Assembly: GCA_013239625.1 (NCBI GenBank)
Contig: MU053881.1
Coordinates: 5,043,957 to 5,107,956, forward strand
Source of the DNA: Lama guanicoe
Taxonomy: Eukaryota
Direction: 5' to 3'
DNA: 64,000 nt
Part shown: piece by piece, positions 1 to 12,699 of the stretch
Layout of the letters: the number at the start of each line of letters is the position of its first letter
How positions within the stretch are numbered: position 1 is the stretch's first letter
Notes under the pieces: generated by a model
What the model was told of the DNA's origin: nothing
The model's database searches: none
What the model saw: the letters and a program-made list of their open reading frames with translations, nothing else
Program-made: the position numbers and the translations under genes

Positions 1-11
1 GGGCTACTCAC

Positions 12-73
12 TAATGGCCCCGGTGTACGTCGGCTGCGTGAGGTCCTTGGGCACCTTCCTGTAGATGTCAAAC
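12..73 (-). CDS. ERGIC1: ERGIC1 exon 2 (62 nt; [R]FDIYRKVPKDLTQPTYTGAI)
   Basis: Minus strand reads ccctttgctctctgcag|G TTT GAC ATC TAC AGG AAG GTG CCC AAG GAC CTC ACG CAG CCG ACG TAC ACC GGG GCC ATT A|gtgagt. It has a polypyrimidine tract, a CTCAC branch-point candidate about 26 nt upstream, and canonical AG/GT sites. The peptide is the N-terminal motif of the ERGIC/Erv41-Erv46 family. Confidence 0.97.
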
Positions 74-844
74 CTGCAGAGAGCAAAGGGGACAGGGGTG
101 AGGTGGGCGCAGAGGGCAGGGGTCGGGCAGCGGGGGAAACGGTGCTGGCTGGTGTACCACACGGGTCGGAGGGCTGCCATCCCAAAAGGCCTGAAGGATG
201 TTCCCCTGTTGGGACCTGCCCCCCACCCCACCTTGTCACACTTCCTTACAACTTATCACCCCCGAGACAGATGGCCTTGACCCTCATCTGGCCATGGCTC
301 TTGGTTGGTCTTCCCCCATCAGAGTGTAACCTGCACGAGGGCAGGGACCTTGTTAGGGGTTGTCCCCTGCTGTGTCTCCAGACCCTCGTCGGGGCCCCCA
401 GTAAGCGTCAGTGGCATGACTGAACCCGAGTCCTGGCTTTCTCTGACGCTGGGAGGAACAGGGAAACGCAGTCTTTCCTGAGGTCTCTGACGGAGCTACA
501 CTCCCGCCTGGCGTCACCTCTCCGCCCCCTCTTCCCTTTCCTCCTCCACCTTCTCCTCCTGTTCCACTCCCCCCCTTCCCCAGCTCCTGCAGCCTATTCT
601 GGGAGAGTCTCCTCAACTCCAAGGTATGAGGTGAACAGAAAAAACCTGCCTGGGGCCCACGACCTCAGCATCAGCTCCTGACTGCCAGCTAGTGTGGGTT
701 TCCGCCCAGATGCAGAGCAGACGCCCTTCTTTCATCTGGATCCCACCAGAGCCCACAGGGGTGGTGGGGGTGCAGTGGAAGAATTGGGGGTTTTGGAGAC
801 AGACTGACGTGGGTGTCATTCTGGCCACTTGTTTTAAGAGTTAG

Positions 845-1010
845 GGCTCTAGCATCAGATTGCCCTGGGTTCAGATCTTGGCTGGTCGTCTTCCTTGCTG
901 TGTGACTCTAGGAAAACGACTTCACCTCTCTGAGCCCCAGTCACCCTGTCTGTAGAAACGGGGCTACTACCACGAGACCAGGCCACTGCGAGGAGGTGTA
1001 AGGGACTGGA
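845..1010 (+). mobile_element. MIR SINE fragment
   Basis: Contains the MIR core ctgggttcagatc...gctgtgtgactctaggaaaacgacttcacctctctgagccccagt...tctgtagaaacggg. Confidence 0.7.
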
Positions 1011-1559
1011 CACAGCATTCCCAGGGGAGCCTCTTCCGGCACTTGGTTTCCTCCCCTTCACTTGAACCTGAGCAGGTGGTTCTCAGCCCAATTCTACCAA
1101 CGGAGCTCTAGGTCCACACCGTGTTCCCAGCTCTCGGGTGGAGAGGCCAGCTGCTCCGGCCCTCGGGGGACCAGCTGGCGTGTGGTTCCTCTTGGGTGAT
1201 TGGGAAACAATGTTAGTGCCTTGCTAACCCCGATGCAACGACCTGGAAATCTTGCATAAGATCTGACACTTGACTCCTCTGCACTCGCTCTAATTACAGG
1301 TGAACGTACTTGATTTCCCGTGACCTCAGGGGAAAAAGATTCCTGTGGGCTGCGGAATTAAAGGCATCACTGTCCTTCCTACCTGCTCAGCTACCAGCAG
1401 CCTGTACTGAGGCCCCAAAGGGGACGAGAAACTGGAGCTGGGAGTGTGGTCAGGAGAGGAGTGTGACTCATGTGACTCAACTACCCACACCTACTCACCT
1501 CCCTTACTCCAGTGCCGCCCCTTTAGCTGTGAGAGGCTAATATCAGAGGGAAGAGTGTG

Positions 1560-1915
1560 CCCTATGGAGTTAGCCTGCCTGGACTCAAATGTGGTCCCAC
1601 TACTGTGTGATCTTGCGTGCATCACTTAACCTCTCTGGGCCTCAGTTCCTCTGTCTGCAAAATGGTGGCAACGGAGGGGAAGGGTATATATAGCTCAGTG
1701 GTAGAGAACGTGCGTAGCATGCACAAGGTCCCGGGTTCAATCCCCAATATCTCGATTAAATAAAACCTAATCACCTCCCCCCACTTAAAAAAAAAAAAAG
1801 GAGGCAACAATAGTAAGTATGTCACAGCATAGGGCCGAGGACCAAATGACTTAGTACACATAAAGCACTTAGACCCATGCTTGGCCCCCAGGAAGTGCGA
1901 CGTGAGTATCCGCTG
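1560..1915 (+). mobile_element. MIR SINE split by the Vic-1-type SINE
   Basis: ctgtgtgatcttg..cacttaacctctctgggcctcagttcctctgtctgcaaaatgg precedes the SINE. The MIR 3' part (aatagta...taaagcacttag...cttggc) resumes after it. Confidence 0.75.
1676..1800 (+). mobile_element. tRNA-derived camelid SINE (Vic-1 type) inserted into a MIR
   Basis: Reads ggggaagggtat..tagctcagtggtaga (A box) ... gggttcaatcccc (B box) ... aaataaaacctaatcacctccccc plus a poly(A) tail. A degenerate TSD is present (aaaatggtggcaac / aaaaggaggcaac). Confidence 0.88.
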
Positions 1916-1929
1916 TTACTGTGACTGAT

Positions 1930-2350
1930 GTTCATCTGGCCGACATTTACGAGCACCTACTATGTGCCAGCCCTCTTTTAGGTACTAGGGACGTGGGGAC
2001 AAAATCGGCCCTCGGCCTTGTGTGCCTGCAGTTAGGCAGCAGAGACAAAGAAGGAGACGCAAGGAGAACGCAGGGGTGCTCCACCCTGGAGCTCCAACTG
2101 GAGGCGCCAGAGGAACCGGAAAGGGCACCTGGGGTAATTCTGAAGCTTCCTGCAAAAGGTGATGTCTGAACAGAGCAGGAAGAAGGGAGAAAGGGTAGGT
2201 GCAGGCGAAGGCTAGTTCAGTAGAAAGAACTGGAAAAGCAGAGGCCGAGAAGAGGACAGAACCTGGAGTGCCGGAGGGCTGAGTTTACCTGCGTGTGGTG
2301 CCGGGATGGGAGTGGAGGGAGTAGATGCTGGCGAGGCGGGAGGGGCTTAC
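1930..2350 (-). mobile_element. L2 LINE 3' fragment
   Basis: catttacgagcacctactatgtgccag...ggtactagggac, followed by a purine-rich tract typical of antisense L2. Confidence 0.55.
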
Positions 2351-2439
2351 AAGCCAGCTTCCTGGTCCAGTTACTTGGGCCTCATGGTTTAAAAAACATA
2401 TGAACCATCATTTCAAAACGGGGAGTTTTATGGGAAGTT

Positions 2440-3735
2440 AGAGGCTACTCAGGGTAAGGAGGTGGGGATGGCCCAGAGCAGAGTGTCTGAGAAGGGCAGA
2501 GACGAGAGGTTGTTACATACAAGAGGACTTATCAAATATGTAAATACAGTGAGGATAAAGTGGGGAGGCAGGTGCCTCACAGTTGGGGAAGGGAGGTACA
2601 CACAGAGAGAAACGTAGAATAATAAACCCTGTGGTGTTCAGAGTGGAAATGAAGGCATAGCCGTGAATTAATGATTTTCAACATGCACAAATACAGAAAT
2701 AGCTGTGTGCATGTGTCTACACCATGCATACATTTATTTCCTAGCTCATCCTGTGGAGAGGGTGTGGGAACAGTGATAGCCAGACAGCAATTGGCACATC
2801 TGGCCCTCAAACCTTGGCTTCCAAGCATCATTCTTTACTCAAAGAAATCAGCTCCTTGGAGAAATGGCGGATTCCAGGTCTGGGTAGGGAAAATACAAGA
2901 TGGACTTGGAGCACTTTCTTAGGTCCGAAAGCAAGAAGGAAGGATGGGACATATCAAACGGACAGGAAGCCAACTCAAAGGGGCTCCCATGAGCCAAGGA
3001 AGGGACAACGTAAGCATTAAAATCAATAATCATAGTAATGGATTATAACCCTTTGGATAAAACAGGAAGCCACAAATCTACACAGATGTAAATAAAGAAA
3101 TGAGTAAAAATCAGAAGTCTGATGAGAACAGGATATTTACAAACCTTCAAAGTACCCCCCCCAATTCTTCATTATAGAGAAGGAAAAAGTAGCTTTTGGT
3201 GGAGAAACTTGGCAGATACCATCTTAGTCAAGTGACTGAAGTGTCACCAGTAAGGAGACACGTCATGTGTCTCCTGATATGATGTACTGGGGAGGGCACA
3301 CCATCACTCCTGTGGGGGAACTTGCTCAAAATGCACAGCCTCAAGAGAATTATGAGAAAACATCAAATAAATCCAAACTGAGGGCCATGCTTCAAAATGA
3401 TTGGCCAGCATTTGTCACAAGTATCCAGGACATGAAGACAAGTAAAGACTTGGAAACTGCCAGAGATTGGAGGAGACTGAAGAGATGTGACCACCAAATC
3501 CTGCAGGATGTCCTGAGTCAGAGAAGGGATGACAGTGGGACAACTGATGCAATTTGAGTGAGATCTGCAGATTAGTTAATGTACTGTAAAGTGTTATTTT
3601 CCTGGTTTTGAAAATTGTTTGGTTATATAAGATGTTAACATTTAAGGAAGCTTGGGTGATATGGGAAGTCTTTGTATTATTTTTGCAAGTCTGCAGTTAT
3701 TTCAAAATGAAAAATGAAATTTCTTTTAATTTAAT
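2440..3735 (+). mobile_element. Old L1 (L1MC4-like) 3' UTR fragments
   Basis: Contains agctccttggagaaatggcggattccaggtctggg...ataatcatagtaatggattataaccc...tggagaaacttggcagataccatctt...tatgagaaaacatcaaataaatccaaactgaggg...ttatttcaaaatgaaaa. Confidence 0.7.
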
Positions 3736-5845
3736 GGAAATTGAAAAAAAAAAGAGGGGGGAGATTTCATGTAAAAATCCCACCCAGCTTGCTTTTTTCA
3801 TGTATGTTTGGTCGCTATAGGCATCTGAATTTGAGATGCTGGCTTAACAAATGTTGGCCGGGTGTGCCGGGTGGCAGGCAGAGGATGTCTTTGTTGGGGG
3901 TGGGAGGGGAGAAGAAGGCTGAGTGAGTACAGGTGTCAGGGAGGAGGTGAGACTTGGACCAAACCACAGGAGGCAATGGCAGTCAAAGAAAGTAGGTGCT
4001 CCAGAAAAAGCGAATGATGCGAAACCAAGATCACTGCCATCCCATGCTGGGCACTTTCCCGTATATATTTGTATGTAATTCTCACGATCACCCTGGCAGG
4101 TACTGATAGCCCATTTTTCCAGGGAGAAGACTAAGGCTTGCCATAGATAACACCCACAAAGTCACCAAGCCAATGATTAGCAGAGCTGGGATGCACACCC
4201 AAGTCTGGGTCCACAGGCCACGGTCCTTCCACTGCCCTGTACTTGTGGGAATCAGTTTAGAGCTCATTTATTGGTAAACTCAGTCTCAGGGCTTTTTGCT
4301 TATTTGCTTTTCCAAGGATGCTGCCCCAGAGCAGGCGGGACTCTCCCGGAAGACAGGGACCAGTTCAAAGTACCTTAATTTATTCAACAGGTACTTACTA
4401 AGTACCTACTGGCAGTGCTCTAGCTGGTGGGAAAATGAAAGTGGTCAAGGTAGACATGACCCTCACCCTCATGAAACTGTCAGTCTAGCAATGCTTTGGG
4501 CTCCTTGAGAAGGGCCACCTAAACAGAATGTTCTCTGATAATGATCCCATTCCCATACCACAAATCCAGGCTGGGGAGTGGTGGTGGGGTAAAGGGAGAG
4601 CTGAAAAAGACCCTGGGTTCAGAGCTGACCACAAGCCAAGTGAGTCAGCAGTGAATGTTGCTAAGAAAATGAGGCTGGTGAGAACCCAGGCCTGTGACAG
4701 ACCAGGAAGTGAGCCGTCCTCTCTGGCTCAGATTAGTCAGTCCCTCACTGCGGTGAGATGGGGACACTGATGCCATCCGCTGTGGCCACTCACTGTTAAG
4801 AGAATGTGGAGGAAAGGCTAAGGAGAGTGGGGGCAAGGGGAAGCGATGCTTAGCACATACCTGGTGTGTGTTGGGCTCATGCTAGGCTCAGGCTAGGCCC
4901 ATACTAGGCCATGGTCTCATCCAATTCCCCCAGCCAACCTGCAAATTTAGGGACTGTCATCCCATTTTACAGATGAGGCTCAGAGAGGCTGTTGACTTGG
5001 CTAAGCTTGTATATCTATGAAGTGCCCGAGTAGAGGTCTAAATCCAGGCCCGATTTATGTTCTTGCTGCTCTTCCCAACAATGCAGGGACAAACCATGAC
5101 CATTTGGGTAGAAATTGCTTTTTAGAAGAAAGGTTAAAGAACTGGGATTGCTTAACCTCAAAGAGAGAAAGCTAAAGGATGGCTTCTCCACAGTTGTCAA
5201 ATAAATGCTCTTTCCCTGCCTGCTGACTAGCCTGTCAGCTTCTCAAGGGCAGGACCTCGGTCCCCTTGCTGTCCAGCCCTGCCCAATCCAGGTTCTTGGA
5301 GAACTGACCTGAGGGAATGAGTTAATGAATGAATCTGCACGAAGGTAAGGTCCACCAGCTGGACCTAAAAACAAGATTAAGATAAAATGGATGGTGGAGA
5401 AGCCAGATGATGGGTCCTGGGGGCTTCCCTGCACTGCTGTACTTCCGTGGATATTTAGAAATTTTCACTTTAAAAAAAAAAGGCAAAATGAGCTTAAATT
5501 AAGGCAAGAGAACAGTTAACTGGGCTTGAGAAAAACTGAACTGGATGCCGGGAGAAAGGGGGCAGTGCCTGCAGCCAGGGGGACCAGAGGTTCATCACCT
5601 GCGGGACAGGACCCAAAAACGGGGAGCCCACAGGGCCTCCTGCCTTCACCACGCTCTGCTATCAGGTCTAGGAGGTGCTCTAAGATCACTGTGTCCAACC
5701 CATTTATTTCACAGAAGAGAAGATGGAAGCCCGAGGAGTGACTTGCCCAGTTCAAAGTATAATTTAACTCAGAGTATTTAAAACAAAAATAAGCCAATAA
5801 AAAGCTTGTGAAATCCTTATCTTACACTCTTGAAATGTTATATGC

Positions 5846-6071
5846 TGGTGGCTTTCCACTAGGTGTGATTTTTGCCCCCCTCAGGGGACATCTGGCAATG
5901 TCTGGAGATATTTTTCGTTGTCACACTGAGGAGTAGGTGTGCTACTGGTACCTAGCAGATAGAGGCCAGGGATGCTAACGCATCCTGCTATCCTACGATG
6001 CACAGGACGGCCCTCCACAACCGAGGGTTACCCGCCCCAAATGTCCGTGGCACTCAAGTGGAGAAACCCTG
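5846..6071 (+). mobile_element. MER20 (hAT-Charlie) MITE
   Basis: Contains gtgatttttgcccccc..caggggacatctggcaatgtctggagatatttt..ttgtcac...tgctactgg..tagaggccagggatgcta...atgcacaggacggccc...gagaaaccctg. Confidence 0.88.
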
Positions 6072-6945
6072 TTGTAGGCAGAGCAGAACGTGCTCCGGCT
6101 GGGTGGAGTCGTGGCCATGGCCTTGATCGTCCCCACGGAGACCAGGGATCTGGATTAAGTAATCTTTCCCTTTCCTTTTTCGCTCTGTGCCTGAGAAGAC
6201 ACACTTGGAGGAAACTGGGCAAAGGAACCCACAGGGGAAAAATAAAGTCCACCTGGAATTGTGACTTCTTGTAATGGTACAGTCAGTACAAGTGTCACCC
6301 TCTGAATCAAAAAGGTGCTGAATCCATGCCTCTGACTTCATCACACCTTACAACAAAACTGATTTCTTAGGATAAGACATACATCAACAGTGGTACTAGA
6401 AGTCGATGAGAATGTGGGGTTGACTTAACAGAAATTCACTTGACAAGCCACGTCCAGCCTCACCGAGCGAGGAACGACTGCATAACCTCACCCAAAATAA
6501 ACATACATAAGTCTTCTCTTGCTCCCAAGCAAGGAAACTGCCGCTGGAAATCTCTGACTAATGGATTTCTTCTGTAATTTCTTTTCATAGCAGAATGCCT
6601 CAGCTTTGCTATTTTAACTTTTGCTGCTTGGGACCTCGCTTCTCCCTGCTCTTGAAGACGAATCTCAGATCGCCCTGTGGTTCGCCATATGTGGGCGGCT
6701 ACCAGGCAGGCGCTCGTGATGTCACTGTTTCCAAGGCCTAATGAAATTAGATGCCGTTTAGGAGCAAGTCATTGGAAGTGGTGGGTCATTCGTCCCAAAA
6801 ATAGGCAGCGAGTTTTTTAGTTGGTTCTTTGGCCTGGTCGCCCCTGCCCACCAGCCTGTCCGAGCCCTCAGTGCCGAGCCCAGGGGGTGAAAAATGTGCT
6901 TGGTGGGTCAGTTACCCATCTCCTCCACCTTCATGAGAACCACTG

Positions 6946-6948
<3 letters not shown>

Positions 6949-6980
<32 letters not shown>
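6949..6980. repeat. (TG)16 microsatellite
   Basis: Perfect dinucleotide run seen directly. Confidence 0.97.
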
Positions 6981-6983
<3 letters not shown>

Positions 6984-8269
6984 GAGGGCACACAGAGGTA
7001 AACGAACGCTCCAGAGTTGAGCACGGCTGGGAGAGAACCGTGCAAGCGCCAGATCTTAAGAGCCCTAGAATCTCTCTCACTGCCCCCTGAATCCTGTCCT
7101 TGACATTCCAACTATTACTCTGAGCTCACACACCCCTCCTTCCTCTGTCAAAACGAAGGGAAAAAAGTCTGTCTGTTGTCTCCAGCACAGATGGAGGAGT
7201 TTAGAAGGAAGAAGAATAACAATAGTGCTCGCAGCTACCCTGCGGCGGCCCCCACCGTGAGGGACCACGTGCACCCGGCCTTGGACGTGGACTGTGTGTT
7301 CGTTAGCTCCCATCCTTCGTACAACTCTGTTCAGTAGAGACCAGCATTCTTCCCATTTCGCTTGCCCAGGATGCAGGGCGGGGACTCAAACTCCTGCAGC
7401 CTGGCCTTGGGACCTCTGCTCTATCCGCTGGACCACATGCCTGCCTGGAACAGGGAGACAGGCTGGGAGCGGGAGTGGAGGCCTGTACCCACGGGAGGTC
7501 TGAGTGGCGATCCTCTGCGCACATGCAGTTTTCTCCCTCCAGCCCACGCCCTGTGGCTCCCTCCCTGAGCCTCAGTGCCCGTGTGGAGGTCTCTTATCTA
7601 CACAGTGACCTCTCCATCTCAGAATACCTTCTCTGACCACAAAGCCCTGGACTTTCCCCTCCCCTCCTTCCCACAAAAGCCACCAAAGCTGGCCAAAGAG
7701 GAAGAGGGGTAAATTTGACTGCTGAGCTTCTAAGGTCCCTCTCAAAGCCACCTCCCCCTATCTCCCCGGGCTCTGTGGACGTACACATTCCTGGCACAGC
7801 TCTGAGATGGCTGCAGGATCTTCTGTTCCTGCTGGGCTGGGACAGTCAGATTTGTTCTGGACTCTCTTATGGGTCATGCAAGGCTTGGCCCGTTAATGGC
7901 ATTCGGTAAATTCCAGGTGAAAATATCAAATGACGTAGGCAGAGGGCTATTCACCACTGCACCAGCTGTAATAGCAAACAGCTGGAGACCATCCAAACGT
8001 CCATCCAAGGGGACCAGTTAATAAACTACAGACCATCCATAAAGTGGAGGATGATACAGTCATAAAGAAGAATGAGGACAATCCCTGTACAGTGACGGGC
8101 CAAAAGCAAACTGCCGAACACTGTGTTCTGTTAAATTTTACGTGTGTGTGGAGGAGGGTCATGGGGGCTGGTAGTGATAAAAATAAATCTACATCCTTGT
8201 TTATACCTTTCAAAAAGAAACAATAGAAGGTGGAACCAAAACCAAACACAAATGGTTACTTCTGTTATT

Positions 8270-9720
8270 CGTAGGAGATGCATAAAAATATTAAATATTC
8301 AGGGATAAATTTGACAAGAGACGTGCAAGACCCTACACTGGAAACTGTAAAACAGTGTTGAGGGAAACTAAAGAAGATGCAAATGGGTTAGAAGACTCAA
8401 TATTGTTAGGAAGGCATTTCCCCCCAAATTGATCTGTAGATTCAACTCAATTCCAATCAAAATTCCAGCAGGCATTTCTGTAGAAACTGGCAAGCTGATT
8501 CTAAAATTCACACGGAAACGCTCAGGACTTAGAATAGACAAAACAACTCTGAAAAAGAACAAAGTTGGATCTGACTTAATATACTTACTTATTTACGATA
8601 CCTACTATAGTCTTACTATAAAGCTTCTAGAAGAAAACATAGGAGAAAATCTTTGTGATCTTAGGTTAGGCAAAGACTTCTTAGGTAAGACACCAAGAGC
8701 ATGATCCATAAAAGAAAAAACTGATATACGAGCTTCACCAAGATGAAAAATTTCCACTCTTCAAAAGGCATTATTAAAAGAATAAAACGATAAGCTGCAG
8801 ACTGGGAAGAATATATGTGAATCACTTGTCTGATAAAGGATTTACATCCCCTATAAAGAACTCTCAAAACTCAGCAATAAGAAAACAAACCACCCATCAA
8901 AAAAATGAGCAAAAGATTCGAACAGACATTTCAACAAAGATTTACTGACAGTGACTAGCCACGTGAAATGACACTACGCTCAGAATCACTGGGGAAGTGC
9001 AAGTTAAAATCACAAAGAGGTCCTCCTCTATACCTCTGAGAATGGCTGAAATTGTAAAGACTGGTCAGACCAAGTGTTGGTGAGGACAGGGAGCAACTGG
9101 AACTCTCAGACACTGCTGGTGGAACGTAAAGTAGCCCAAACACTATGGAACAGAGTTTGGTGGTTTCTGAAAATGTTAAATATACACTTACCGCATGGTC
9201 CAGCCATTCCACTCCCAGGTATGTACCCAAGAGAAATGAAAGCATATTCCCATACAAAGACATGAATATGAATATTCATGGAGCCTTAATTTGTAACAGC
9301 TGCAAACTGGAAACAACCCAAATATCCATCAACAGGCAAATGGCTAGAAGAATATGGCATATCCATACAATGGAATGTTTGCTCAGCAATAAAAAGCAAG
9401 GAAGTATTGACATGATCAACAACATGGTTGATTCTCAAAATAATTATGCGGAATGAAAGCCAAACTAGGGCACACACGGTATGAGTCCATTTATATAAAA
9501 TTCCAGAAAGTGTTAACCACTCTGGAGGGACAGCAGAGCACTGGTTGCCCAGGGAGGGAGGGAAGGGAGAGATCTTGAGGAAATTCTGGAGGGTGATGAA
9601 GACATTCGCTATCTTGTGATGATGGTTTCATGGGTGTGTATATATGCCAAATGTCTCAAACTGTTAATTTTATGTGACGTTTACTGTATGTCAATTATAC
9701 CCCAATAAAACTGTGGGAAA
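8270..9720 (+). mobile_element. Old L1 (L1MC/MD/ME class): decayed ORF2 C-terminal part and 3' UTR
   Basis: ORF 8429-8704 (RFNSIPIKIPAG..KLILKF..KTTLKKNKVG) resembles L1 ORF2 (RFNAIPIK..KTTLKF..KNKAGG). A HGPAIPLPGMYPRE segment resembles the ORF2 C-terminus. It ends in tgtcaattataccccaataaaa and has many stops and deletions. Confidence 0.88.
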
Positions 9721-9724
9721 AACT

Positions 9725-10200
9725 TTTTAATGACAGCCATGATGGAAACACATCAAATACATTAAGCAGTTTATGGGTCCATAATGATACTTCAAAAAAC
9801 AAAAAAGCCTCTTTGGATAACTTTGAAGATGCTAAGCCAACAACTCATTATTCTGAAAATTAGTAAATAAAGAAAAAGCATTTAGTGATTAAGCTGACCT
9901 TTTTGGTCTACACAGTGGATTTCCAGGTAACCAAATAGCTGATGAAGACAAAGTTCTGTTTTATAGGATAATTTCAAAGACTAATGTGGAAGGACTAATA
10001 GAATTACGAAAATCAGCACTGTGCATTCTCTAATGAAATACTGGCTTTAGGCATTTATCAGCAAGAATGGGAAATTTCACAACAGATGGATCAGGCTGCT
10101 GCCACCTGAACACAGTGATCGACCTTAACATCTCATGGAGAAGACAGCCAGTTATTCTGGACCTCTATGCGATGCAGTAGGAAGTACACGGCACATTTTT
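9725..10200 (+). mobile_element. L1MC-like 3' UTR fragment
   Basis: Contains aaatagctgatgaagacaaagttc...ctaatgtggaaggactaatagaattacgaaaatca...gctgccacctgaacacagtgatcga. Confidence 0.55.
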
Positions 10201-12699
10201 CAACGACTGGCCTAGAACAACCTGACATTTCACTTTCCACTTGATCCTTATCTCACAGCAGCCTGACGCCAGCCCCCCTCGCTCACTCTCTCTTCCTGAT
10301 CTAGCTAAGATCACCCAAGAGTCACTATGGGCCAGATGCCATTGGCTTTCCTCAGTACTGCCTCTGCACCAATCCTGCTGACTCTGTCCCAGCCGCCTAG
10401 AGTAAAATGGCATCCTCACTCTGCAGCATCTTCTCTGTCTGTTCCTCTTCCTCCTCCTGCCCCTGATATCCAGGTAGGCCCCCAGGGGTCTGTGTTCAGG
10501 CCCTTCCTCTTTTAATTTCCACACCAAACTTATCTATGCCTTAATTTACTGTGCCGAGTTCCAGGCAGATAGGAGAAAGCCAACAAGACAGAAGTGGTCA
10601 CCGTCCTTGCAGAGCTCACACTGCGATGTCCAAGGAGCTCCCTCACTCCCAGAGGCAGCATGCCTGCCCCTCACACTTGACATGTCCAGAACAAAACTCT
10701 AGCTTCTCACACAAAACCTGCTCCTAGAATCCCAATACAACAGAGGCAGGAGGAACCTGAGGGACTGTGAAATCCATTTCCTGGGCTCCTACCCCATGGG
10801 CCAAGCACTACTGAAGACCCTTGACCTACGATCTATCCCACTGAGTCCCTTCCCCTTCACCCATGAGGTACCGTCAACAAATGTGGAAATTGAGACTCAG
10901 AGAGGCTGAGCCACTTGTCTAAGCTCACACAGCCAGCAGGAGGCACAGTTAGGATTGGAACCTGGGTAAGCCTCACCTGGAGGTCGTACACTGACCCAAA
11001 CCTCCATACTGGCCCCTGGGGGCCTTGGCTGTCTGTGCTGTCCTCCCTTGCTCATGCACCTGGCACTGACATCGGGCTGAGGGCACCTGGTGAGCAAGTG
11101 AAGGAGGAAGGGTCCTGTGGTGCTCCGGAACCGCGCCGTGGGGCCACTGAGGCCCTGGCAGAGCTCAGCTGCATGGGGTCCCCTCACCCCCATGCGCCTC
11201 GCCCAGCCTGCAACCGTCTGATGAGCTTGCACACTCACAGAAACAGGAAAGGCCTGCTGTCGGAGCCCGAGGCTGTCAGGCAGCCGGGGCTTGGCCGGGA
11301 GTCAGGCTTCCACTTGTCAAGGCCACAGGGAGCGAGGGCCGGGGGACAGCCAGGGCCCCCAACGTGTTTCCAAATGACTGGAAACAGGACGTGGCCACTG
11401 GCCCCACACCGGGACACAACAACATCCCGAGCGCAGACGCTATAAATGGAAATGTATTCTTAGAGGGGCCGGACGTGAGCGGGCTTTTCAGAAGTGACCC
11501 ATCATCGGATAAAAATACAGACGGCATTTAAACGCCGAGCGGCAGGAGCTATTCCGGGGATTAGATCCTCATCCCTGTGGCTCCCCGCCAGGGCACGGCC
11601 TCCAGCGGATTTAAAAGGAAGCAACTACTGCTGCTGGTGTTTTTACGCTGAGGAGGACAGCGCCGGGGGAAAGGCAGCTGTACCGACATACCTGTGGGAG
11701 GGGCCCCCTTCGAGGGACCCCCAAATGTCCCTTGACCTCCATCTGCCACAGGGGCTCAGCTTTACTCTGTGCTGCGAGACCACCGTTAGAACAACATTCT
11801 CTGCTGCCTTGAGCGTTCAAGGCTGAGTTCTGGCTGGGCCTTGGGGTGGAAGCCTAGGACAGGATTAAGGTTTGAAGAGACCTGCAGATAAGGAATGTAT
11901 AAAGGAGGAAAAGCTGGAGGTATAAAGGAGAAAGATCCGGTGTCACCACGGGGAAGGGAAGGACAGGCTTTACCGAGCACCTCCGACGAGCCAGCCTCTT
12001 TCCTCGCGTTGTCTCATCGAACCTTCAAAACTGTTCAAGATACCAACGAGATTCACCCTGATTTTTACAGAAGAAGGAACTGAGCCTCAGAAAAGTCTGT
12101 GTCAAGAAGGTGATGCCCAGGCTGAGGCCCAGATGCAGGAAGATGAGCAGAAACGAGGCCCAGGAAAAGGGGTGGAGGGGCGTCCTGGGCAGAGCAACCT
12201 CTCCGGCCAAGGTTCATGGCTCTGCAGGCCCAAGGTAACTCAGTTCAGCAAGTGACAAAGCTGGGGTCTGCGCCTTCATCTGTCTGGACACGAAGCTGCT
12301 GTGCCATGTTAGGGAGTAGCTGTGTGCGTTAGGAAGTGCGGTCTGGCTCACAAGTTCAAAGGTGAGATGTTCAGACAATCTCGTGCAAAGAGGCACCAAG
12401 AAAGGAATCATAGGGCTCTCCTTGCTGGCCTAGGGGAGAGCTTAGTTGGTGACCATTTTCCTTTGGGCACATCTTGGTACTTTTCAGTTGTTCTATAATG
12501 AACAGGTTATAAATGGGAAAACAAAGACAATTAGGGTCTTTAGGAGACCTGTCTTGGACTCGCCAGCCCCTGTCTATTACCTGCCCCCTCACCCCACCCA
12601 CCCTCTCTGTTCCAGGAAGCCCCATTCTGCTCCAGTGCTGTGTCTCTGTAGGCACTGTGCCCTGACTGCAGTACCCCACCCCTCTCTCCTTCTCTCCCA

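Noticed and set aside
4..231. 75-aa ORF as a standalone gene
   Set aside because: Only 12-73 is coding (ERGIC1 exon 2). The rest is intronic read-through past the splice sites.
8429..9456. Functional reverse-transcriptase gene
   Set aside because: These are fragments of L1 ORF2 with stops, frameshifts and a large internal deletion. The same applies to 38393-38680.
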